Origin: Betaproteobacteria bacterium
GTDB lineage: Bacteria > Pseudomonadota > Gammaproteobacteria > Burkholderiales > SG8-39
Direction: 5' to 3'
NCBI GenBank assembly: GCA_032125995.1
Contig: JAQBBQ010000210.1
Location: forward strand, 1 to 63,614
Length of the DNA: 63,614 bases
Of this stretch, positions 29,162 to 36,777 are shown piece after piece. The position numbers and the translations under genes are program-made. The notes beneath the pieces are model-generated. The model was not told the DNA's origin. It made no database searches and saw only the letters and a list, made by a program, of their open reading frames with translations. The first letter of the stretch is position 1. Every line of letters starts with the position of its first letter.

Positions 29162-29293
29162 GCCTCCTTTGAAGCGCCTCGCGTGTCCATCCTGAGGCGC
29201 GCCCGGTTTACGTTCGAGACCATCGCTTTTGCGCGATCCGGTGCCTTTGCCCCGTAACGCGAACACAAAGATTATGATCCAGTTCATCGGATT

Positions 29294-29409
29294 ACTGGTT
29301 GAAGGACCGGCAAATCGACTGCGTGGAGTTTAGTGTGTGGGCGATACTGGCGGCGGAGCCGACGTGAGCGGGCGGCGTTTCAAACAAGTCGACGTATTTA
29401 CGCGGATTC
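29294..29409 (+). repeat. Direct repeat copy B (116 bp): relic of the ORF 27718..28218 tail plus the functional phzF-like start
   Basis: It reads WLKDRQIDCVEFSVWAILAAEPT*, against DWMKGRQIDFLESSVRAILAAEPA* in copy A. The GTG start of the PhzF-like gene follows. Confidence 0.85.
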
Positions 29410-30239
29410 CGTTTCTCGGTAATCCGGTTGCCGTCGTCCTCGACGCGGACGGATTGAGCGGCGAGCAGATGCAGCGCATTGCCGGCTGGACCAATCTTTC
29501 CGAAACGACGTTCGTGCTGGCGCCGACGAGAGCCGACGCGGACTACCGCTTGCGGATCTTCACCCCGCGTGCCGAGCTGCCATTCGCCGGGCACCCGACG
29601 CTGGGCAGCGCGCATGCGGTCCTGGAAGCGGGGATCGCTGCCCCGCGCGACGGCGGTCTGCGACAGGAATGCGGCGCCGGCGTGGTTCAACTCGCGATCG
29701 AAGATCATTCCGCGGCGCGCCTCTGGCTGGAATCGCCGCCGCGGACCCTGTCAGCGCTCGACGCGGCGCAACGCGGACCCCTCGAGCGCGCCCTCGGCGC
29801 AGGGATCGAGCGCGATACCCCGCCGACCATCGTCGATGTCGGCCCCAGGTGGCTCGTGGCGCGGTTGGCGGATGCGCGTTGCGTCGGCGACTTGGCGCCC
29901 GACCTTGCCGCCGTCGCTGCGCTGAGCACGGCGCTTGGACTTACCGGCGTGGTCGTGTTCGGCGCATCTGACGACGGGGTCTCCGCGATCCACGTGCGTG
30001 CATTCGCCCCGGCGCACGGCGTGCCGGAGGATCCGGTCTGCGGCAGCGGGAACATCAGTGTCGCCGCGTTCGTGGCGCGGACCGGCTGGATCGAGCAGAT
30101 CGGCGCGCGCTACAGGGCGCGCCAGGGGATGCAACTCGGCCGTGACGGACGGATCGCAATCCGAGTTGCCGATGCGGGCGAGACGATCTGGCTCGGCGGC
30201 GATGCCGTGACCTGCGTGGACGGAACGGTGCGGGCCTAA
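29364..30239 (+). CDS. PhzF-family isomerase (phenazine biosynthesis-like)
   Basis: VSGRRFKQVDVFTRIPFLGNPVAVVLD...ETTFV...FAGHPTLGSAH...EDPVCGSGN. GTG start at 29364, chosen from family N-termini and the repeat structure. Confidence 0.82.
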   Translation: MSGRRFKQVDVFTRIPFLGNPVAVVLDADGLSGEQMQRIAGWTNLSETTFVLAPTRADADYRLRIFTPRAELPFAGHPTLGSAHAVLEAGIAAPRDGGLRQECGAGVVQLAIEDHSAARLWLESPPRTLSALDAAQRGPLERALGAGIERDTPPTIVDVGPRWLVARLADARCVGDLAPDLAAVAALSTALGLTGVVVFGASDDGVSAIHVRAFAPAHGVPEDPVCGSGNISVAAFVARTGWIEQIGARYRARQGMQLGRDGRIAIRVADAGETIWLGGDAVTCVDGTVRA

Positions 30240-30380
30240 GGCATGGGCTTGTGCCCGGCCGCGTGGCGTTTCACGCCCCGGGGTTTGTAACCTACCGCCG
30301 GCGGCGTCAGGCACGTCGCGCGAGGCGTTCCGTCGAAGCTGCCGTACCACGCCGTTGCATTCGCCGACACGGTCTAGGCG

Positions 30381-31289
30381 TCAGCGGTCGAGCGCAATAT
30401 CGTCGTAGGAACTCGGGTGCGAGACCGGCTCGATGTGAACGAATGTCGACGCGTTCGGCACCAGCGAGCGTATGCGCGATTCGATTTCCTCCGAAAGCTG
30501 GTGCGCGTGTTCGACCGTCCAGGCGTCGGGGACCAGCAGGTGAAACGAGATGAACCGCCGCGCGCCGGCATGTCGCGTGCGTAGGGCGTGGAACGACACG
30601 CCATAGCGGCGGCTATATTCGGTAAAGATGCGAGTGATTTCCGCGCGTTCTTCCTCCGGGATCGCGGGGTCCAGCAATCCGGCGACCGACCGGCGCATGA
30701 GTTTTACGCCCGTCCAGAGAATGTTTCCGGCGACCACGAGCGCGATCAGAGGATCGAGCCGCAGCCAGCCGGTCCAGGCGACGAGAACAACCCCGAGGAT
30801 TACGCCGACGGACGTCCAGACGTCGGTCAGCAGGTGGCGCGCGTCCGCTTCGAGCGCAATGCTGTGATACTGGCGCCCGGCTCGGAGTAGCAGGCGCGCT
30901 ACGCCAAAGTTCACCCCGGAGGCCGCGGCGGAGAGCACAATGGCAATCACGGGCAGGCTGATCGCTTGCGGCGCAACCAGTCGTGGGAAGGCGGCCCAGA
31001 CAATGCTTGCGGCGGCAACGACGATGAGCGCGCCTTCGGCCCCGCTGGAGAGATACTCGGCCTTCGACCGCCCAAAGGGGTGGGCCTCGTCCGGCGGCAT
31101 CGCGGAGAGCCGCAGCATCCACAGGGCAAGCAGGGCGGCGGCGAGATTGACAACCGACTCGAACGCGTCGGAGAGTAGGCCGACCGATCCGGTCAACCAC
31201 CATGCGAGCATTTTGAGCGTGATCGTCAGGACGGCCGCGGCGACCGAAAGCAGCGCGTAGCGCTCGAGCGTCCGGTCTGGTCCAGGCAT
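30381..31289 (-). CDS. Cation diffusion facilitator (CDF) divalent-metal efflux transporter
   Basis: 302 aa from the ATG at 31289. Six transmembrane segments with SDAFESVVN and LLTDVWTSVG metal-site strings, plus a C-terminal cytoplasmic domain. The tracked 469-aa ORF is an Arg-rich upstream extension. Confidence 0.85.
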   Translation of the reverse strand: MPGPDRTLERYALLSVAAAVLTITLKMLAWWLTGSVGLLSDAFESVVNLAAALLALWMLRLSAMPPDEAHPFGRSKAEYLSSGAEGALIVVAAASIVWAAFPRLVAPQAISLPVIAIVLSAAASGVNFGVARLLLRAGRQYHSIALEADARHLLTDVWTSVGVILGVVLVAWTGWLRLDPLIALVVAGNILWTGVKLMRRSVAGLLDPAIPEEERAEITRIFTEYSRRYGVSFHALRTRHAGARRFISFHLLVPDAWTVEHAHQLSEEIESRIRSLVPNASTFVHIEPVSHPSSYDDIALDR

Positions 31290-31333
31290 ATCGCGTGCTC
31301 TTCGGTTCCGTACGCGCCCACCCAGCGGCCGAG

Positions 31334-31364
31334 GCGTGCGTAAAACACGATGCACGACGCACGC
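31334..31364. promoter_or_regulatory. 8-15-8 inverted repeat upstream of the CDF gene (candidate operator)
   Basis: GCGTGCGT-N15-ACGCACGC, located 45-75 nt upstream of the CDF start codon. On the gene strand it is preceded by TTGCCA. Confidence 0.3.
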
Positions 31365-31462
31365 TGTGGCAACGTCGCGCGTCCGGGCGAACGCGTGCAG
31401 CGCAGTATATCGGCGCTCTCGCGCCTGCGTAGCGGCGTGGTCAGCGGCGGACGCTGTCGCTG

Positions 31463-32989
31463 CTAGCGGTCGAGCTCGACCTCGACGATCTCGGTTACCG
31501 GCAGCGCAGCGATCTCCTTGAGCTTTTCGCCACGTGCTCCGGTGGGGTCGAGTAACGTACCGACGCTGACATAGGTCGATGCGACAAAGAGCGACCGCCC
31601 GCCCTCGGCTTCGCGTCGAACGCCGAACTTGATGCGTTTGCGCGCGTCGACATCGAGCTTGCCAAGGAGATTCTTGGTTGCCCAGATTGCCCCGTAACGG
31701 GCGAAATCGGACAGCCGCGCGCCATGGTTGATGGTGTCGCCAAGCACGGTAAATTCGACGTGAGTCGCGGTCTGGAACGTGCCGAGCCATTCCTGGCCTT
31801 CATTGAGCCCGGTGTTCAGGTAGAGCTCGTTCGACCAGCCTTTGCGCAGCTGCCATGCCTTGCTGATGCGCCGCATGGCGTCGCGCATCTCGTGCGCGGC
31901 TGACAGCGCGTTCATCACGTAGTTGCAGTCCGGCTGGGGGAAAAAGTAGTACACCATGCCGTCGCCTGCGTGCTTGCCGTAGGTCCCGTAATAGCGCCGG
32001 AAAATCGGCTCCATGGCCGACCAGATCTGGTTGATAAGCTCAAAATACTCCTCCGGCGGCAATTCGGCGCAGATCTTTACCGAGTCCTGGAGATCCGCCA
32101 CGAGAACGGCGACATGGGTGAGCACCGGTAGGCGCTTACGGATCAGATCGCGGATGACCTCGTCACGCCGCGCGAGGAGCTCGAGCAGCCCGTCGCCGGC
32201 GGGCTCGCCCGGTACATAGGCGAACAGGATGCCCTCGCGAAACTGGGTGGCGTACACGGTGTGCACCCGGCAGTTGCCCTGTGCATCCGGCGCCATCACC
32301 GTCACCTGCGAGATGGCCTGATGGGGCAGGGGTTCGGCCTCTTGGTAGAGCCGTTCGAGAACCCCGCGCGTGTCTGCGGGGGCGTCCTTAGACAACGCGA
32401 TACACCCGCCTTTGGTCGAACGGCGCTTGGCAACCGAGAAGTGGAAGCGCAGCAACTCGTCACAGGGCCCGCATTGAACGCAGGCGCCGCCCCGATGCAG
32501 AAAACCGAAGATGTTGCGTGACTCGCTACTCGAGGGCAGGACGTCGAACCCACCGAGCACGCTGTGTCGCGCCGACTCGTTGTGCCAAATGATCTCAAAG
32601 TTGTAATTGACCATGTAGCAGGGGGTGGGCAGGTCGGCGAGCGTGACACGCAGCGCCGCTGTGCCTGGCGTGCTGGCGGGTGAGGGCGGCGCCTGGGTCG
32701 CCAATGGCGCCACGGCCTTGGCGTGGCCGCCCGAATCGGCGTCGCTGAGCCCCTGGACGGCGTAGCGGGCAACGATTTCCGCCATGCTCATTCCCTGGTC
32801 CTTCAGACGCTGGATTTCGTCGATTCGATTCAAAGCCTCCTCAGGGAAGTAGCCAAGGCGGCGTGCATCTCCATCATCTGGCGCTGGAAATCGAACGTCA
32901 GGCTTTGGGATCAATCCAAGGTTAATGTAATTGTTTAATGTTGCCCTGGAGATTCTTGTTTTTTCTATAATTTCTTTGCTACTTATCAT
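31463..32989 (-). CDS. MerR-type HTH / sensor domain / class III adenylate-guanylate cyclase fusion protein
   Basis: N-terminus: MISSKEIIEKTRISRATLNNYINLGLIPKP...EIQRLKDQGMSMAEI (MerR HTH). Middle: PAS-like segment with CVQCGPC. C-terminus: cyclase motifs VAVLVADLQDS, HAGDGMVYYF, LGDTINHGARL. I prefer the ATG at 32989 (GGAG 11 nt upstream). The tracked GTG at 33013 is also possible. Confidence 0.8.
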   Translation of the reverse strand: MISSKEIIEKTRISRATLNNYINLGLIPKPDVRFPAPDDGDARRLGYFPEEALNRIDEIQRLKDQGMSMAEIVARYAVQGLSDADSGGHAKAVAPLATQAPPSPASTPGTAALRVTLADLPTPCYMVNYNFEIIWHNESARHSVLGGFDVLPSSSESRNIFGFLHRGGACVQCGPCDELLRFHFSVAKRRSTKGGCIALSKDAPADTRGVLERLYQEAEPLPHQAISQVTVMAPDAQGNCRVHTVYATQFREGILFAYVPGEPAGDGLLELLARRDEVIRDLIRKRLPVLTHVAVLVADLQDSVKICAELPPEEYFELINQIWSAMEPIFRRYYGTYGKHAGDGMVYYFFPQPDCNYVMNALSAAHEMRDAMRRISKAWQLRKGWSNELYLNTGLNEGQEWLGTFQTATHVEFTVLGDTINHGARLSDFARYGAIWATKNLLGKLDVDARKRIKFGVRREAEGGRSLFVASTYVSVGTLLDPTGARGEKLKEIAALPVTEIVEVELDR

Positions 32990-33019
32990 TCGATATCCGC
33001 TCCGATCTTGCACCCAAGG

Positions 33020-33037
33020 TACTGTATATGGACAGTA
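33020..33037. promoter_or_regulatory. Perfect palindrome TACTGT-N6-ACAGTA just downstream of the putative -10 of the MerR-cyclase gene (candidate operator)
   Basis: TACTGTATATGGACAGTA is read directly. It resembles an SOS box but is 2 bp shorter than the canonical 20-mer. Confidence 0.45.
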
Positions 33038-33048
33038 TAATAACGCTC

Positions 33049-33078
33049 TATATACGGTCTAAATATCAATAAAGTCAA
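33049..33078 (-). promoter_or_regulatory. Putative sigma70 promoter of the MerR-cyclase gene
   Basis: The minus strand reads TTGACT (33078..33073)-N18-TATATA (33054..33049), inside a roughly 38% GC tract. The long spacer is reminiscent of MerR-type promoters but is unproven. Confidence 0.35.
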
Positions 33079-33089
33079 GGGTTTTTAAA

Positions 33090-33118
33090 CAGTACAAATA
33101 CTGACAGTTTGGACTGTC
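33090..33118. promoter_or_regulatory. Two abutting palindromes upstream of the putative -35: CAGTA-N4-TACTG and GACAGT-N4-ACTGTC
   Basis: CAGTACAAATACTG (33090..33103) and GACAGTTTGGACTGTC (33103..33118). With 33020..33037 this gives five ACAGT/ACTGT pentamers within 100 bp. Confidence 0.45.
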
Positions 33119-33151
33119 CAGAACTCGGCGGGAGCGAGATCGGATGATCGT

Positions 33152-36100
33152 TTAGACGAAGCGACGCTGGCGCTTCAATTCCGGCAGGCATTGCCGGATC
33201 CACTGGGCGGTCAGTTTTTCGGCCAGTGAATTTTGCTTTAAGCGCTCATTCAGCGCTCCAAAATCGACCCGATCGAGCGCTTGGTCCTGGTTGAAACAGG
33301 AAAACACGTAACTCGTCTCGCCGGTTACGGGGTCGTGGTGGGGTTGCAGGCACTGGGCGCAGATCTCCTTCATCATGCATTGCATCGGCGAGTTGATCGA
33401 GCCGATCGCGACATGCGCCGGTGACAGGTGGCTTTTGAGCACGTCGTGCCGTGCGCGGGCCACCGCGGCCATCATGCGATCCGAGCCAATCACGATGATT
33501 CGCTCGACCGCTTCGAGGGGAATCTCGGGCGTGCCGAGGCGCGCACTCGCATAGGCTTCCATCCCCTGGACCAGATTGCCGAGAAACGCGCGGTCCTGCG
33601 GACGACGGGGCGTAAAGCCGGGTTCCTCATCGCAGCACCAGACGACGACGTCCGCCGCGCGCTCGATGTCCTCGACCTTGTAGCGGTCGATCACCTTCTT
33701 GTAGCCCGCAAAATAGAGTACCCGCGTGCCGGCCGCGCGCAGCGCCTGCCCGATCGAAAACAGCACCGCGTTGCCGAGCCCACCGCCGACGAGAAGGGCA
33801 GTCGTGCCCGCTGGAATCTCGGTCGGGGCGCCGGTCGGCCCCATGAGAATCACGGGCTCGCCGGGCTGCAGCATTGCACACAGATCGCTCGACCCTCCCA
33901 TCTCGAGCACGATCGTCGAAATCAGACCTTGCGACGCGTCAACCCATGCGCCGGTGAGGGCGAGCCCTTCCATCTGCATCCGGGTACCGCGGGCGATCGG
34001 CGCCAGCGATTCGAAATTCTGCAAGCGGTAGAACTGGCCGGGCTGGAAGCGGCGCGCAGCCAGTGGCGCACGAACGACGATCTCGACGATGGTCGGCGTG
34101 AGGCGCCGCACCGCGTGTACCACCGCGCGCAAGTCCCGGTTCAACTGGGCCAGGAACGCCGCATCGTCGAGTGACGACTCGGGCGCGCGCTTCGCGAGCA
34201 CACGGCTGACGACCGGGTAGCCCTGTTTTGCCGAGCCCATGGCCTTGACGACGTTGCCGAAGTAGGAGGGATGGACGTCGCCGAAATAGCTCACAAAGCG
34301 GCCGTCCGGGTGCCGCGACAGCAACACCCGCACGTCCTCGGGTTTCGCGGTCGCGTACTCGGGCGTGACCGGTTGCCCCTGCTCATCACAGGCCGCGAAA
34401 TACTTGCCCTCGAGCGCGAAGTGCGCAGCATCCTCCCGCGCAAGGACCGTATTGGGTTGCGTTCCCGCCGCGACAAATACGGTGTGCGCCGCCAACCGAA
34501 CCTCGGCGCCAGGCTGCCAGCGGCCTTGGCTGTCGAGCGTCTGGTGGCGGAACTGCACGCCGCGCGTTGCGCCGTAGTTGTCGACCTCGACCGAAAGCGG
34601 CGCGAGGCCTTCGGCGAATACGACGCCTTCCTCGAGCGCCTTTTCCACTTCCTCGTGATTCAAGGTATAGGACGGGCTGTCGATCAGCCGCCGGCGATAG
34701 GCGAGCGTGACACCGCCCCAGCTGTGGAGCAGCTCGCTGATGCGAGGCCCGCGCCCCGCCGCCTGCGCGGTTGCGCGTTCGGCGCCCAGGGCGCGCGCAT
34801 GGGCGAGGAATTCCTCGGCAATTTCACGCTCCTGATCGTCCCAGGTCTCGCGGATTGCGTCCTCCCCGATGTCGTGCGTCAGGCGTTCGTAGCGCGACAA
34901 GAATTTCTCGACCTGAACCACGTAGTAGGCGAGCGATTCTGTGGCCGTGTCGATCGCGGTCAGGCCGCCGCCGACGACCACCACCGGCAACCGCAGCTGC
35001 ATGTTTGCGATCGAGTCCGCCTTGGCGGCGCCGGTCAGCTGCAAGGCCATGAGGAAATCGGACGCCGCGCGCACGCCGCGTGCGAGGCCGTGTGGAATGT
35101 CGAGCACGGTGGGCTTGCCGGCGCCGACGCAGAGCGCGACATGATCGAAGCCCATCGACCAGGCATCGTCGAGCGTGAGCGTGCCGCCGAAGCGCACGCC
35201 GCCGAACATCGCGAACCCATCCCGGCGCTCGAGTAACAGACGGATGATCTTGAGGAAATTCTTGTCCCAGCGCACGGTAATACCGTACTCGGCGACGCCG
35301 CCGAAACCGGCCATTACCCGGCTCTCCAATGGCTCGAACAGCGTGCCAACGTCGCGTATCGCTTCGAAGGGCACGCGGCGACCGTCCAGCGCCACGCCCG
35401 ACACCGGCGCAGGGAGTGGCTCGATCTTCAGGCCGTCGACGCCAACCACGCTGTGTCCATCGTTCATGAGATGGTGGGCGAGCGTGAAGCCGGCCGGACC
35501 CAAGCCGACCACCAGAACGCGCTTGCCACTTGCACTGCGCGGTAGCGGCCGACGCAGGTCGAGCGGGTTCCAGCGCGTCAGCAGAGCGTAAATTTCGAAT
35601 CCCCACGGCAGTTCGAGCACGTCCCTCAGGGTTCGCGTCTCTGCCTGAGGAATATTCACCGGCTCCTGCTTCTGGTAGATGCAGGATTTCATGCAGTCGT
35701 TGCAGATTCGATGCCCGGTCGCCGCGGCCATCGGGTTGTCGACGCAAATCACGGCGAGCGCAGACAGCGCGAGGCCCTGCGACTTGGCCATCTGAAATTC
35801 GGAAATGCGTTCCTCGAGCGGACAGCCGGCGAGCGGCACGCCGAACACCGTCTTGCGGTAACCCGTCGCGGGTGCCTTCTCCTTCAATCCCTTGGAGCAG
35901 GAGTCCTTGCCCTGCTGGTGACACCAGATGCAATAGTTCACCTCGTCGAGCGCGCCGACCAGATCGGTGCCGGCGTCGGTGAGCGCAAAGCCATTGCGCT
36001 GACGCCGGTGGTCATGCGCCAGGCTGTGGCGCGCAGTGCCGTCTGCCGAATCCGTGTGTAGCGGCACGAGCCACATGACGTCGATCTTGCGCGGCACCTT

Positions 36101-36655
36101 GAACAACACGCCGGCAGCGTTGCGTGCCCGGCCCGCGGGGGTCGTCGCTGCCCAGGCAGCGTAGCGCGCGGCGGCGTCGAGGCGTTCGGCGTTCGACGAT
36201 TCGTCCGCTTGCCATGCGGTCACCTGCTGCGCGAACGTCAATTCCGTGAACGGGGCGCCAAACCAATCCGCCAGTTGGCGCTCGAGCGCCGGCCCGTCGA
36301 CGGCGGCGGCTTCGGCCGGTTTGATCTTGTGCAGCGCGCGGCGCTGGACGAACAGCCGCTTGACCGAATGCAGCGGCGCCAGCGCGTGATGGCGTGCCGC
36401 AAGCGCCTGGACCTCGGACTCGATGCCGAACAGGCGTGCGAGAAAATCGTCCAGATGGGGTGCCATCGCGAGCAGCAGCGCGGCTTCGTCTTTGGCGCTC
36501 AGCGACGCCGGCGCCGCGCGCGCGGCGGCCAGCCGTGCTTCCAGATCAGCGTCGGCTTCGCCGAGAAACTCGATGAACCGCGCATCGAGCCGCGTCAAAC
36601 CGTCACGCGCGTAAAGATCGGGGAAGGCAAGCCCAAAGGCGAGGTGCGGCATCAT
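33152..36655 (-). CDS. Large multidomain flavoprotein: unknown N-terminal domain + GltD-like Fe-S/FAD/NAD(P)H oxidoreductase + PyrK/ferredoxin-reductase-like C-terminal module
   Basis: 1167 aa. Cys clusters CIWCHQQGKDSC and CNDCMKSC. Dinucleotide folds VLVVGLGPAGFTLAHHL and VVVVGGGLTAIDTATE. C-terminal FR-type module (RFQPGQFYRLQ, LLVGGGLGNAVLFS) ending with a CMMKEICAQC 2Fe-2S-like motif. Confidence 0.75.
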   Translation of the reverse strand: MMPHLAFGLAFPDLYARDGLTRLDARFIEFLGEADADLEARLAAARAAPASLSAKDEAALLLAMAPHLDDFLARLFGIESEVQALAARHHALAPLHSVKRLFVQRRALHKIKPAEAAAVDGPALERQLADWFGAPFTELTFAQQVTAWQADESSNAERLDAAARYAAWAATTPAGRARNAAGVLFKVPRKIDVMWLVPLHTDSADGTARHSLAHDHRRQRNGFALTDAGTDLVGALDEVNYCIWCHQQGKDSCSKGLKEKAPATGYRKTVFGVPLAGCPLEERISEFQMAKSQGLALSALAVICVDNPMAAATGHRICNDCMKSCIYQKQEPVNIPQAETRTLRDVLELPWGFEIYALLTRWNPLDLRRPLPRSASGKRVLVVGLGPAGFTLAHHLMNDGHSVVGVDGLKIEPLPAPVSGVALDGRRVPFEAIRDVGTLFEPLESRVMAGFGGVAEYGITVRWDKNFLKIIRLLLERRDGFAMFGGVRFGGTLTLDDAWSMGFDHVALCVGAGKPTVLDIPHGLARGVRAASDFLMALQLTGAAKADSIANMQLRLPVVVVGGGLTAIDTATESLAYYVVQVEKFLSRYERLTHDIGEDAIRETWDDQEREIAEEFLAHARALGAERATAQAAGRGPRISELLHSWGGVTLAYRRRLIDSPSYTLNHEEVEKALEEGVVFAEGLAPLSVEVDNYGATRGVQFRHQTLDSQGRWQPGAEVRLAAHTVFVAAGTQPNTVLAREDAAHFALEGKYFAACDEQGQPVTPEYATAKPEDVRVLLSRHPDGRFVSYFGDVHPSYFGNVVKAMGSAKQGYPVVSRVLAKRAPESSLDDAAFLAQLNRDLRAVVHAVRRLTPTIVEIVVRAPLAARRFQPGQFYRLQNFESLAPIARGTRMQMEGLALTGAWVDASQGLISTIVLEMGGSSDLCAMLQPGEPVILMGPTGAPTEIPAGTTALLVGGGLGNAVLFSIGQALRAAGTRVLYFAGYKKVIDRYKVEDIERAADVVVWCCDEEPGFTPRRPQDRAFLGNLVQGMEAYASARLGTPEIPLEAVERIIVIGSDRMMAAVARARHDVLKSHLSPAHVAIGSINSPMQCMMKEICAQCLQPHHDPVTGETSYVFSCFNQDQALDRVDFGALNERLKQNSLAEKLTAQWIRQCLPELKRQRRFV

Positions 36656-36777
36656 CCAAATCGTTTGGGGACCAAACTATTCGATCGATTATAGCCAATG
36701 GGCCTGTCGCACAGGCCGTCGGCTTGCCGGCGCGGGCCAAAGCCCATACCATCCGCTGCCTTTAGCGGGAGGCCATC

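Noticed and set aside
30381-31790. Long N-terminal extensions of tracked ORFs: 30381..31790, 21983..23044, 37584..38438, 57923..59155, 6745..8565, 44631..45926, 26464..27204 and 27074..27721
   Set aside because: The upstream parts are Arg/Pro/Ala-rich with no family signal. They often overlap neighbouring genes or operators. Conserved family N-termini (MCGRYAL, MPLYSL, MQSPLDL, MIWIALRFP and others) begin at internal start codons, which I used instead.
33020-33037. TACTGTATATGGACAGTA as a LexA/SOS box
   Set aside because: The half-sites match, but the spacing is CTGT-N6-ACAG. The canonical spacing is CTGT-N8-ACAG, as seen at 6452..6471 in this same window. A LexA dimer is unlikely to fit, so it is kept only as an unassigned operator candidate.
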